Source: Lama guanicoe
Taxonomy: Eukaryota
Direction of reading: 5' to 3'
Length of the DNA stretch: 64,000 nt
NCBI GenBank assembly: GCA_013239625.1
Contig: MU057344.1
Span: 808,276-872,275, forward strand
Part shown: piece by piece, positions 12,401 to 24,700 of the stretch
Layout of the letters: each line of letters begins with the position of its first letter
Position numbering within the stretch: the stretch's first letter is position 1
Notes under the pieces: generated by a model
The model's input: the letters and a program-made list of their open reading frames with translations, nothing else
The model's database searches: none
What the model was told of the DNA's origin: nothing
Made by a program: the position numbers and the translations under genes

Positions 12401-12638
12401 GCCTCCCAGACCCACGGAATGCGGGGCGTGTCCCTGTCACACACGTGGTTTCCGAGGTTGTGGGTGCTGTGCTGTTGTGGAGCTATGGCCGTTTCTCGTT
12501 CTGTCTCTCCCTTTACCGACGTCAGTTGGCATTTTACGCTGTAAAGAGCTGCCCCTCCCTCCAGCCTTAACAAAAGTCATACCAGTGCGGACTGGGGGTT
12601 TCTAAACCTTGAGTTTATTAAAATCCATTTCTGTCAGT

Positions 12639-12752
12639 TTTTTTGGTGGGGGGAGGTAATTAGGTTTATTTATTTATTCTTAGGGAAGCTCCTGGGGTGA
12701 ACCCAGGACCTCACTCATGCTAAGCAGGTGCTCCGCCTCCGAACTGTACCCT
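12639..12752 (-). mobile_element. tRNA-derived SINE (Vic-1-like) with 11-bp target-site duplication
   Basis: Same head and GGTAATTAGG motif as the 7.6-kb copy; TTTCTGTCAGT at 12628-12638 and 12753-12763. Confidence 0.8.
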
Positions 12753-13569
12753 TTTCTGTCAGTATTTATTTTGAAGCTCAGGTTCTCTGCATTTGGCCGC
12801 AGAGCCTGCCGAAGCGGCTCCCACCAGCGCCGGGCTTCTCCCCACTTCCTGGCCCCATCGCCTCTCGGACGCTTGGGCTGCTGGTTCCTGCCTGGAGCGG
12901 CCGTTCCTCCAAGGCCCGGCTTCCTCTCGGTGGAGAAGGGCTTTCGGGCTGCGAGTGCCTGTCACTCCCGGGAGTGGGGTCCGAGCTCCCGGCAGGACTC
13001 GGAGCTGCCGCCCCCCCCGCTTGCGTCCGGGCCCCCTCCCCCCACGTGGGGTGTCTGGGGCCCCCACGCGGACGCAGACGGGCTCAGAACGGCTGCATCA
13101 GGACGGGGGTCCGCGCCCACGTGCGGGCCAGCTTCCCTGTGGTCTTGGTCCTTGGCTGGTCGCCGCTCCCAGCGCGGGTTCAGTTGGAGGGCGGCCCTGG
13201 CTGCGCGTCAGCGTGGGAGCCCGTCGGGCTCACTTCCTGCTGTTCCAGGGAACTTCCCGTCCTTATTTGCTTCTGCGTTGGTTGTGTGACTTACTGACAT
13301 GATTGAACAATGGGCGCTGTGTGCAGATTCCTGTCCGCGTACTCTCAGCACGTGCACCCAGTTTCAGGCATGTTTTGGCCGATCCGTCATGTGCTGCTTT
13401 TTGTGAAAACAGGCGTGTGTGTTACTGACTCTCTTGTTGCGTGAGGAGTCGCCCAGTCGGTGTGTCCTTCCCCGTTGTGCTTTCTCACGCTCACCTGCCC
13501 TGTGAGTGTGAGAGACTCACAGCGAGGCTGGAAATAACCGTAAGTGGTAAGTGTGAAAGCACCCACGGC

Positions 13570-13729
13570 GGGGTGGGTGCAGCTGCGTGGCAGAGCGCGT
13601 GCCCAGTGTGCACGAGGTCCCGGGTTCAGTCCCCAGCGCCTCCTTTAAGGATAAATAAATAAGCCTAATTACCTCCCCACAAAACAAAGAAGAAACTGCC
13701 CCCAAAAAGTTTTAAAAATTAAAAAAAAA
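13570..13729 (+). mobile_element. tRNA-derived SINE (Vic-1-like)
   Basis: GGGGTGGGTGCAGCTGCGTGGCAGAGCG...GGGTTCAGTCCCCAGCGCC, (TAAA)n, CCTAATTACCTCCCC, poly(A) tail. Confidence 0.8.
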
Positions 13730-14469
13730 TGAAGTACTGACAGTATCACAAAATCCGGAAGCGCCACGTCACGAGACTCATCTGTGAGACTGCCCGCGGA
13801 CTCTGGTCCTGCCCGTGTTTTCTGGCTGCGGGCACTTTGATCGCCTTTCCCTCAAGCGGCAGGCGCTGCCGAGAAACCTCCCCGGTAGTTACCTCAGTCT
13901 TCCCTGCGGTGTGGTTGGCAAATCTTTACTTCCTGCACATTCAGAACATCCTGACTTTTCCAGGGCTCCCGTTATTATTGGTAACGTCAGTTTTTAGGGT
14001 TGTTTTCAAGTCCGGGGGGGTCCCCGTGGGCTTCTCTCACTTGGGATTTGTGAGGCGTCGGGGCACCTCAGCCTTTCTTGTGCGGTGACTCCTCCTAGGT
14101 GTCCTCTGAGACGATAGTCGTGCGGTGGCCCTTCTGCTGGCAGGGTCCTCGTTACGGACGCACGTTGTGAAACCTCGTGTTACTGTCTCTCACGTCTTGG
14201 TTTTTTGGAGATGCTTGCAGCGTATGGCTCGACCCAGGATTTTTGTAAAATCACAAATACAGCCTGGCACACAAAGTGGCAGCTGCCCCGGCCCTGCTGA
14301 AGGCGTGTGCCCTCAGCGTGAGGCTTTGAAGCCGTGATGAGGTTCTGGTCCTCGTCCTACAGAGCGTCTGAGGCCAGCGAGGCTCCCACGTCCACTGCGT
14401 TCCCAGCACACCTTCCTCAGTTGGCTGTGGCCAAGCAACACAGCAGAAAAGTTAACATCTAACCCTTCT

Positions 14470-15420
14470 GTATGATTCTTTCCATTAAGGCTGTATTTTT
14501 TAGAGCATTTTTAGACTCACAGCAAAATCGAGAGGGAGATATAGAGATTTCCCACGTACGCCCCGCCCCAGGCTCCCCGTTGTCCCCCTTCCCAGCGGAG
14601 GGTGTGTCTGTTACAGCGGGCGACCCTGCATCATCACCCAGAGCCTGTCGTGTCCCCTGGAGGCCACTCTGGGTGTTGTGCGTTGTGTGTGTCCCCCGTC
14701 ACAGCATCACACAGCGAGGCTCGCCGCCCCCCAGCCCCCTGTGCGCCTCCTGCTCACCCCTCCCTAGCACTAACCCTGGCAGCCGCCGCTCTGTTCCTGT
14801 CTCTGTAATTCTGCCTTTTCCAGAACGCCGCATCGCTGGAGCCATTCAGTCCGCAGCCTTTTCAGACTGGCTTCTTTGAGTGGTCGGGCGTGCGTTTAAG
14901 GGTCCTCCCTGCCCTTTCGTAATTTGGTAGCTCATTTCTCTTTGGTGCTGAGTAATATTCCACTGCCTGGATGGACGACAGCTTGTTCATACGTCACTTA
15001 CTGAAGGGCGTCTCGGTTGCTCCCGAGTTTTGTCAATTATGAGTAAAGCTGCTCTAAACACCCACGTGCAGGCTCTTGTGTGGACGACAGTTTTCAGCGC
15101 CTTTGGATAAATACCAGGGAGCACGATGGCTGGACTGTGTGGTAAAACTGTGTTTAATTTTGTGAGAAATCACCAGATTGTCTCCCCAGGGCCTGTACCG
15201 TCTGCATTCCCACCAGCGATGACCGGGCGGAAGTTCCTGTTGCTTCGCGTCCTCGCCAGCGTCTGGCGGTGTCAGTGCTGGATTTTGGGGATTCTGACAG
15301 GTGCTTCTTAACTATTTTTAGTGCACAGTTCAGAAGTGTTAACCACACCCCACGTTATGCAACAGACCTCAGGGACTCTTTCGCCTTCTTACCCACTTTT
15401 AAACAAGGAAGAGTTCTGTG
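14470..15420 (-). mobile_element. Old L1 (L1M-type) 3' fragments
   Basis: Typical antisense L1M 3' phrases: GCTGAGTAATATTCCACTG..TGGATGGAC, TGAGTAAAGCTGCT.TAAACA, GGATAAATACC.AGGAG. Confidence 0.75.
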
Positions 15421-15879
15421 AAAGATGGGAGATAAACGCGGGGTTTGGAGCACCGCGGCTCACAGGGTGAAGGCTTTGTCGTGGGCCGAGGCGCTCACAG
15501 CCGGGAAAGGGCCCTGCCGCACAGAGAGCCGTGACGCCGGCGCCCGTGGGTGGGGCCCTGAGACGCCACGTGGTTCTTGTGGCTCAGGTGTCACCGAGTA
15601 GACCTTTGCTCAGAGGGATTTCAATGATCCCCTATCTTTGCAGCAGTTATTTTGGTCTTAGCTCATCACCCAGAAAATGTTGGCGCCATTACCAGGGGAG
15701 AGCTGAGCAGCGTGTGTCCTGTTGTGAGGAAGATTTATTGTGGGGAGGGTGCATGAGTAAGCTGGGGGGCTTTTCTTCTGGAGCAGCATGGCCGGGGGGA
15801 CCGTTTCTCTGCCCCTGGGAGTTGGGAGGGCGCAGTTGCTGGAAGCGACCTGCTGAGGAGGAACCTCTGACTTAAAACC

Positions 15880-16900
15880 AGGCACGGCCCCGCCCCGTCG
15901 CGGCCACGGGGGAGCTGGCCCGTGGCGGGAGGTCTGGCCTCGAGGTGGGGCTGCGGGGCCGGACGTGAGGGGCCGGCGGCCTGGTGACTGGCACGTGCTG
16001 GCCGCCTGGACACAGGCAGTGAAGGCGGCCTTTGTTCTGCGGGGGCGGGGCCAGCGCTGAATGGCGGCTTTCTCTGCCTGCCCCGGGCGGCGGCGGCGGC
16101 GGCGGCTCTGCGTGGGGTGCCACGGCTGCAGGCTCTGGCTCCATCGCTTCCCTCCGTGTGGCCTTAGGATGGGCACTTGCGGCTCCTCATCCACCGGCCC
16201 AGGCTCCGCCCCCACTGGACAGCCCCACCCCCTGCTGCCTGAAGGTGCCTGTAATTCCAGCCTCACTCAGCCGNNNNNNNNNNNNNNNNNNNNNNNNNNN
16301 NNNNNNNNNNNNNNNNNNNNNNNNNNNNNNNNNNNNNNNNNNNNNNNNNNNNNNNNNNNNNNNNNNNNNNNNNNNNNNNNNNNNNNNNNNNNNNNNNNNN
16401 NNNNNNNNNNNNNNNNNNNNNNNNNNNGCCTCCCCCCACCTCCCTCCCACGTCCCCACACCTGCCTTGCTTCCCCCTCCCCTCCCCTGGGGTCTCTGTTC
16501 AAAACCTGTCCCCCCAATGAAGACTCAGCCCCCACTTGTCCTCTTCCCCAGCGCACAGGCCCCCCAGAGTGTCCCCTACCACCACCAGGGTGTGGGCCAC
16601 CTGCTTTGATTTCGGGCATGTCCTTCCAGGGCATTTGCTCAATGAGCTTCAGTGAATCTGCCCCTCCTTCCACCGGGAGTGCTTCCAAGGGTCCCCGGGT
16701 CCCGGGAGTGGCCGGCGGTGGGCTGCCAGCGCGCTGCCCGGGTGGACCGTCACCTCTGTTATCTGGGTCAGGCCGCAGGAGCCCGAGCCAGCCCGGGGCC
16801 GGGTCACGTGCACCACTCGGCCACCGGGAAGCCTTCGTGTCTGCAGCGTCTTCGCTCGGCGTCTTGGGAGGGACAGTGTGACTGAGAGTGGACCTGGAGT
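15880..16900. promoter_or_regulatory. CpG-island-like region with GC boxes, YY1-type motif and (GGC)7
   Basis: CCCCGCCCC 15888-15896, GGGGCGGGGC 16042-16051, ATGGCGGC 16061-16068, (GGC)7 16086-16106; spans the gap. Confidence 0.5.
16274..16427. other. Assembly gap (154 N)
   Basis: Run of N in the sequence. Confidence 1.
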
Positions 16901-18429
16901 CCGCACCAGACGGAAGGGGCTTTCCACTTTGTGTTCAAAACAGTGTTTCTGGCTGAAAAGCAACGCACGTTGACTATGGAAAATTTGAAACAGGCAGTAA
17001 AATAAACGTAAGGGAAGAAATTTAAATTGCCCTTTATGGTGCTCCCTGGAGAGCAGACCGTTTAAAATTTTATTCCAGCCTCACACGCTTATTGGTATTA
17101 AGGAAACACTGAGGCACCGGGTTAGTTAGAATTCCTCCCCTTTTTAGCTAATGGTCTGAGGCCCTGCGGCCAGTGGCCAGTCCCGGGACTCCCGAGCCTC
17201 GCTCCTGGCGGACCCCACGGGGCGGGGAGGGGCCTCCCCGAATGGTGCTGCGTCCGCCTCCGTCTGTGGACGCCCCGGGCCGCTCTGTTCGTTGCTGCAG
17301 AATCCCAGAAGAGCGATCGCTCCACCAAAGAACGTAGACACACGTTTGCCATTCAAACCTTGTGCTGTGGTGGAGCTGCCGCGTCTGGTGCGCTTGTGTG
17401 CTGGGGTGCAGACGGTTACCCAAACGCCAGAACCCACCCCTCAACCCTGGGCACCCCCCCAGTTACCGTCTCGGGGTTTTCACCCCCTTACTTGGACGTT
17501 GCGGGGCTGGGTGTCAAAGTACCGACTCCCCAGCCGGCACCCGCGCTGGGTTCCCCCCAGTGGGTGGGGGGCTGGGCTGGTGTCTCTGTGTCTCCGTCAG
17601 TGGTCCGTGGTCTGACCCGCCTCCGCGTTTGACCATCCTGTTGAGGGACCTTCAGGCTGCGGACCGGCCGGGTGAGGCCAGGGTCTCCTTTCCTTCCGGC
17701 TCGGCCCCAGCAGGGGGAGAGTTGAGCAGCGTGGACCCGGCCTTCCTGAGACGTGGTTTCTTGGTGAAAACTGCGGGTGGGCCCTGGGAGTCACGGGTGT
17801 GCGGGTGTCTGGGGGGCGGGGGCAGGTGGGAGGAGGCCTGACACAGCCAGTTCCTTACGGGAGACCCAGTTTCCACCTGTGGGAGAGTCACCGGGAGGCT
17901 GAGGGCCGGGAGGCCAGGTCCAGGGGACTGGGGCCTGTCTCGGTCAGCTCAGCTGCAGTAACAAGTGCCACAGGTGGGGCGGCTCAGACAGCAGGAGTCC
18001 TCGCAGCTTGGGAGGCCGGGCGCCCGGGGCCGGGGCCAGCGCCTGATGAGGCCTTGCGCCGCGGGCCGCAGAGGCCGCCTCCCGGCGGTGTCCCCCAGGG
18101 GCCGAGGGGGCTCCTCAGGGTCTCTTCGCTTGTTATCGGGGTGCTGATCTCATGATCTCATCTCACCGCAGCCGCCTCCCAAAGGCCCCGCCTCCAAGTG
18201 CCGTCACCCTGGAGGTCTGTGTCCCCACTTGTGGATTTGGGGACACGGACCCGCCCGAGCAGTCTCCAGTCTGCAGGCGCCGGGAGGGTGCAGAGGGTCC
18301 AGGCGGTGTGTTTCCAAGGAGCAGGGACCGGGTGGACGGGCCTCAGAGGGCACGAGGTGACCTGGTGACCAGGACAGGCGCCCGGGGGGCTGTGCTCTGT
18401 ATGATGCTGGAATGAGGATGTGAATGTGA

Positions 18430-18853
18430 GGACGTGGGTTGGTGGTGTAGACGTCCGGGATCGGGGGCTTGTCTGCCTCTGGTCCTGCGGCCTCTCGCGC
18501 TGGCAGGGTCTGCATAGTGTCCGCAGACGGGGCGGCTGAACCAGCACGAGCCTGGAGACCCCCGTGTGGGCAGGGCTGGCTCCTTCTGAGGCAGAGGAGG
18601 GTCGGTCCCCGGCCCCTCCTGGGCTTGGAGACGGGTCTTCATGCTCACACGTGTGCTCCCCCACGTGTCTGGGCCTGAATCCCCCCACCTTTTTATGAAA
18701 CCATCAGTCATTTTGGACCAGGGGCCACCCTGTGACCTGATTCCCTGCGATCTAAAACATCTGCAACGACCCTGTCTCCAAATAAGGGCCCGCTCTGAGG
18801 TGCGGGGTCAGCACTGCAACACGTGGACGTGGGGGGACACAGTTCGGCCCTGA
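18430..18853 (-). mobile_element. MaLR solo LTR (MLT1-like)
   Basis: CATCAGTCATTTTGGA..AGGGGCCACCC, CATCTGCAACGACCCTGTCTCCAAATAAGG, GGGGGGACACAGTTC. Confidence 0.65.
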
Positions 18854-19539
18854 ACGGGACCCCCAGAGGTTCAGCCACAGGGTCCCCACAGGTTCATGTC
18901 CTGGGAGGCCTGCAGGCTTCGTGGCAGGTGTCCTCTCTGAGTCAGGAAGCAGAAACTGCCTGCACATTTGTGGTTGGCGGCGCGTGACTGAGCACAGGGG
19001 CCCCGCTGACCTGGGTGTGGTCTGAGCTCCGTGTGCGGGGCCCCGAGCCCAGCACCCCCCACAGGGGCCATCGTGCAGCCCGGGGGACACGATCTGGCTG
19101 TGACGTCCTCACCTGCAGCCACTCCCCCGTCCTGGAACCTTCCAGGCAGAGGCTCTGGTCACTGGGCAGAGTCCTGTGCTCAGACGGCCTTGAAGAGACC
19201 CCGATGCTTCTCCCGGGAGGCCTTGCACGTGCAGGAGGGAAGCTCCACGCCCCGTTGCCTGTTCCCGGCGTGTGGCTCGCTTGGGCGTGGCGTGACCGGG
19301 CCCCGCCCCCGGCCGAGGTGTCTGGGACGGGCCTGCCTGGCGTGCTCGCCTCGGTGGCTTGGCTTCTGCACACCTTGCAGAGGCTGCTTTTCCTTGACGT
19401 TATGCTCCGAGCAGATTGTTGAATCCACGTTGTGAATGCCGTTCCTGAAGACTGCCGAGTGTGCCCTCCTGCGGGGGCACGTTAATAGGAGAGACAGAAC
19501 TGGCCCACGAGCCGAATCCAGCCCATCACTGGGTTTTGC

Positions 19540-20370
19540 TGGTTTTTTAAGTCTTGGGAAAATACACGTAACGTGAACCTTACCGTCTTAACCGTTTCTA
19601 AGCGCACAGCTCCGCAGCTAGCGCACGCTCACGGTGCCGTGCAGCCGCCCCCCGCCGTCTGCAGAGCCTTCTCATCTTCCCAGACTCAGGCTCTGTCCCC
19701 GTGAAACACACTGCCCGCCCGCCAGCCATGGGCCCCGCCCTCCCGCTTTGCCTTGGTAGGACTTTGAATCCTCCGGGTCCTCACAGGGGTGGGGTCGCAC
19801 ACTGCGTCCTTCGGGGCTGGCTTACTTCGCTCGGCATGATGTCCTCATGGCTCTTCTGCGGGGCGCCTGTGTCAGAATTTCCCCGCTTTTGAAGGAGCGC
19901 GGACATAACACGTTCCCCACACCCGATCACCGCTGGCGGGCCCGGGGCAGCGTCCACGCTTGGCCCTCGTGAGTGAGGCTGCTGTGAACGTGGCTGTGCA
20001 AGTGTCTCTCCTGGCCCTGCTCTCGGCTCTTTTGGGAACACACTCGCATGTGAAATTGCTGGCTCGCGTGACAATTCTACTTGTAGTTTTTGAGGGCCCA
20101 CCGGAGTGGCGCCGTCTTACATGCCCCGGCAGCGCATGGGGGCCGTGTCCTCCTGTCCTCGCCGACGCTGGTGGTGTTTGGTCTCTTTCTGCGGGGTGTG
20201 CGGTGGTGCCTTCGCTGTGTGCTGGCGCGTTTCCCTGACGGTCCGTGACGCTGAGATGTCTTCTCTTGTCTGTCGGCCATCAGTCCACCCTCCCTGGAGA
20301 AATGTCGGTTCAAACCTTTGCCTGTTTGGGAATTGGGTTGTTTGTGTGTTGCTGGGTTGTCCCGGTCGGT
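19540..20370 (-). mobile_element. L1MB-like 3' fragment
   Basis: AAAATACACGTAACGTGAA..TTACCGTCTTAACCGTTTCTAAG, CTGGCTTACTTCGCTCGGCATGATGTCCTCA, GCTGCTGTGAAC, TGGAGAAATGTC. Confidence 0.75.
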
Positions 20371-21569
20371 CGTTAGCGACAGCCCCCAGGCCATGCGACT
20401 CGAGCTCAGCCCTCTGGACACTGCGGCAGTCAGGGGCACTGGATGGCCTTGTCCCCCCGGGGGGAGGACCCACGGGCGTCTGTGACATCGGCATGAAGAG
20501 GGGACGACTGTTTCTTTCTCTTTTACTTTCTTTTGATGTTTTCCAGTCTTTAATCAGACTTCTTTTTGTATTATAATTCATTAAGGAGGAAAAAGACTCG
20601 TATGGAGGAGGAACTGTTGTATCAGAAGGTACTTGTCAGCTTGTGAGAGTTACTCCATCCCCAGGAGGAAGTGGGTTAATCCGTCCTCACTGCCAGCAGT
20701 GTGACCACAGGGCGAGCGGGACTCACTGCTTCCCCCAGACTCTCGTGCTCCCGCAGGACGTGGCCAGGGTGACAGGGCAGCCTCGCAGGGCAGCCCGGCC
20801 CATGGGGAGACCGGCTCGGCCTGGGAGAAGGGGCAGCAGCCGGTGTCCCGCCTCAGGGGCGCCCGGCTGGGAGGCGCTGGCGCTCTGAGTGGCCGCTTCC
20901 TGGCCCAGCTCCCGTCCTTCCTGGGAGCACCTGCTGCTGAATGCAAACCACCTTCATTTTCTTAGCTCTGGGGCTTTGAGGAAACAGCGCGGCCCGGTGG
21001 GCTTGGAGGCTGAGGGTTTGTCTGGGACGTGAGCCTCGGTGGGTGTTCCTGGACGTGGGCAAAACAAGCATGAATTATTCATGAGTTTTAGCTGGTCTGT
21101 CTTTGTACAAAGAGAGCTTTCAAATTTAATCATTTTTAGGTTTTCGAGGTGAGCGGGGCAGGGAGGGCCATGGGGAGGAGGGCGGGCGGGGCTGAGCGCC
21201 CAGGCCCCTGAGCTCAGGAGGCAGAGACGCTGGGCCGGGCGGCGGCTCTGAGGGCCCGTCCCGGCCAAGACGTTAAAACTGGGCTCCAAGATCTTAAACC
21301 TAACGGACGTCACACTCATTTGCCTCCCACACGTGTGGGAAACACTGGCCACACTCAGTTCCAAGTGTGAGACCCAGCTGCAGCCCGCCCGGCCCCAGGT
21401 GCGCGGGAGGGCTGCGTGGCAGGTCATTTGTGACAGAAGCACAAGAGGAGTTGCAGGGCCTGCCAGGGGTCTCCCGCCTGCGAGGGGCTGCTGCTGGAGC
21501 CCCGACCCCTGGCCAGTGGGGAGGAGCGGGCGGCCCTTGGCCAAGCTCATGGTGGCTGCTCCCTCCTGG

Positions 21570-21725
21570 GTGTGGACACAATGCAGACGGGTGTGGGTGG
21601 GTGTGGATGCTGCAGAGACAGATGTGGACAGTGTGAGCGAGTGTGGACAGGTGTGGAAGCCGTGTGGACTAGGGGAGACAGGTGTAGACAGTGGGGTGCT
21701 ATGTAGACAGGTGTGGGTGGTGTGA
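21570..21725. repeat. Degenerate minisatellite, ~10-bp unit (GGTGTGGACA-like)
   Basis: Repeated GTGTGGAC/GTGTAGAC/GTGTGGGT motifs. Confidence 0.7.
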
Positions 21726-24700
21726 ACAACTTGATCACTGCTGCCTCCTGACCTCCTCTCAGACACTCCTGTGGACCTGGCCTCGCTCTGGGGTGTGGAG
21801 CTCAGTGCCCCCGGGCAGGTCTGACCGCCTCGGGGTAGGACCCCACCCTCTCTGCGTGGGGCTTCCAGGTGCAGCCCTGGCAGAAGTGAGTCAGTGGTGA
21901 CTTTCAGCGCTGCCTGTCGTGGGACCCTGTGGCCTGGGCAGCGACCCCAGCCCCTGGCTCTCTGGGAGGACCGTGCGGTCTGGGTGTTTGATGTGAGGGG
22001 GTTGAGGGGCTGCCTCTAGCCGGTTTCCCTGGAAGTGGCCCAGTGTCGTGGGACAGCTCCTGACCCTGGGGTCCTAACCCCTCTGTCTTCAGAAGAGAGT
22101 CCTGTCTGGAGGGGCTGTCAGTGTTGGGCACCCAAAACTCACACCTCTGAGGGCCCCAGGGCTCTGGTCCTTGCCAGGCTTCCAAGCATGTGGGCAGTGA
22201 AAACAGTGCTGGGAGGCCCTGGGGACCCCCAGCGTCTCACAGAGCCGCCTGCAGCAGCTGCCCCCATTCTGGAGACCTGCGTGTACTCAGAGCTGCAGCA
22301 GGCGCAACTGGACGTGGTGGGAGGGTGCCCTGCCCCAGGTAATCCCGGGCGGGGACATGAGTGTCTGGTGCCAGCAGGGCACTCAGTGTCTGGGCCGGGT
22401 GCCGAGGTCCATGTGCTCGTCGACCAGGGTGGCTTGGAGGGCCGCATCTCCTACCGGACACCCCTTTGTCCCCATTCCCTTGGGTGGCCTCCCAGTTTGT
22501 CACATCGGTGCAGCCACCATCCATGGGACCCTCTGTCGCACACACGATGTTGGCGTTCTCCTTTGCTGTCACCGCTCCACCCCAGGCTGTCTTTGGAGAG
22601 AGCTGGGAGAAACCTGGCTCTAGTCCGAGCTGCGTGGCCCGGGGCCCAGCCTTTGACGTCGCTGGGCAGCACCCTCGCTCACCTCCAGGTACCGGTGTGC
22701 CCCGGGGGGGCTCGGGGCAGCAGGCTGACTCCCAGCTTCAGCCGGCTCGCTGTGTGCAGGGAAGGGGGCTTCAGAGCCCAGACAAGGAGCAGTAGACCCC
22801 CCCAGGGGAGGGGCCTGTTCCTCCCCGTGGAGCAGGGAGGGGCCGACCTGGGTCTGTGGGCGCCGCCCTCCTGCTGTTCCCAGTCCTGCTCTCCTCCAGG
22901 GGGAGAGCAGCTTCCTCCTCCTCCGTTTTGCCCAAGGTCCTGAGCTCTGCCCTGACTGGCCCTTCCTCCGCCCAGCTCCTGGGCCCGCCTTCACCCTTCG
23001 GTGTGGAAGGGGTGTGGCACCCTGACCAGCCTTGGCCCCTGGCCCTGGGGTGGACTGGGACCCCCCCGGGCACCCCGGGGCTGCTGCAGAGGGGGAGGCT
23101 GACAGGTGGGTCCCGGGGGAGGTCCCGGCTGCCCCGCCCTCTCAGGGGCTGGCGGCCTTGGAGGGCGAACCTACCTGCAGGGGCTCCAGCTCTCATTCAT
23201 CCTGGGAGGGGCTGAGGCTCCTGCCTCTCGGGTTTGTGGGGACTCTCGACCGCCTGCGTGTGAAAGGCTGTGTCACCTTGCGCTCCAAGAGGCCCCGGGT
23301 CCTCTGGGCTTCCCTTGGGGACTTAGGGGAAGCCTGGAACAAACTGGGGTGGGGGTGGGGGTGGGATGCAGGAGGCGTGGTGGGTGCCTGCGCCACCCGC
23401 CCCCGGAGCTGGCCCCCGAGGAAGGGGGCCTGAGGGGCCTGCAGCTTCTCGCTGGAGCGCAGCCCTGTGGGCCTCATCTTCAGGCCGTTCTTGTTTCTCG
23501 TGAAGGGAGCGCCCCGGGAGGCAGGAGCTTGAGGCTGGTCGGCTTACTGGGTGGGCGCAGGGGCCGCAGCCCGAGTTCAGCTGCAGAACCCCCGCGCGCG
23601 CCCTTGAAGCTTCTGGTTGGCCTCCCGCTGAGTCAGTGCTTGGTCTCCGCCGTCTGTGCGGAGCCTGAGCCGGGGTGGAACCCGCAGCTGTGCCCGCGTA
23701 TCCGCAGGCCACGTGGTCGCGCCCATCACCCGAGTAATCAGGCTCCTGCTGCTTTGAACCTCGTGCAGCTCTGCCTCTGTGTGACCCACCCGTTGTGCCT
23801 CCGGGCTCCCCCGGGACGTCTGCTCCTGGAGCCACGCGGCTCCACGCACCCCGGAAGCTCCTCCACCCTCTCATCACAGGGCGGGCGGTGACACCTCCAC
23901 CCCAGGAGCCAGGGCGCTGAGTCGTGGAATTCTAGCTCACGTAGCCTGCGACAGAGCTGCTGTGTCGCTATGATGGGCCTCAGCGTGGCCTCCTGGTTTC
24001 CTTCCTGGGTCCTGCCATCCCCACCTCCTCCCTCCCCGAATATGGACATGGGCCCTGGATGCCAGGGCTGGGCCGATGCTGGGAGAGCCTGTGACCTGGA
24101 GGACACACTCCCAGTCTCGCCTTGTTGGTGAGCAGACACGCAGAGACAGATGGATAATTCAAAGTTCCAAGTTGTACCTGATGTAAGTGGCGCCAAGACA
24201 GGACCACCACGTGGGGAGGGCGTGGCCCATGCCGGGGCCCAGGGGGCCTGCGGAGGGCGTCCCCTCGGGGGAGGCTCAGAGGACACGGGGGCCTGGCCGT
24301 GGAAGGAGCGGGCGGAGGGAGGTGTCCCTCTGGTGGGGGTGCATCGTGTGCAGAGGCCCCGGGGGTGGGGACTGTGGCCGGTCAGAGGACCCTCCTGGAG
24401 AGGCGAAGGGGAGGTGAGGGGCCGCGAGTGCGTCTCTGGCCATCCGTTAGTTGTCGTGCATGTTGTGAGCCTGTAAGGCGTTCGTTCACCGAACTGAATC
24501 CTGGGTCTGACCCATTTGCTGTTCCAATTAAGTTGAACGTCAGTTGTCCACGTCCAGCTAAATCGGATTACTTGCAAGGAGCGGAAAAACCTTGAAACGC
24601 ATTTTCAAAGTGACGAACGTGACACAGGGATGTTTTATGTGGGAAAAGACAGCTCAGGACCTGCACCGGGAAGCAGCGAGCCGCAGCCAGTCCCCGTCAG

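Noticed and set aside
13570-13645. Possible tRNA gene (also at 7640-7716 and 12680-12752)
   Set aside because: A and B boxes are present, but they continue into a SINE body and A-rich tail, with TSDs on two copies.
23346-23365. Strong G-quadruplex motif (GGGGT)n
   Set aside because: The motif is real, but it is one of many in this G-rich intron and has no positional link to a feature.
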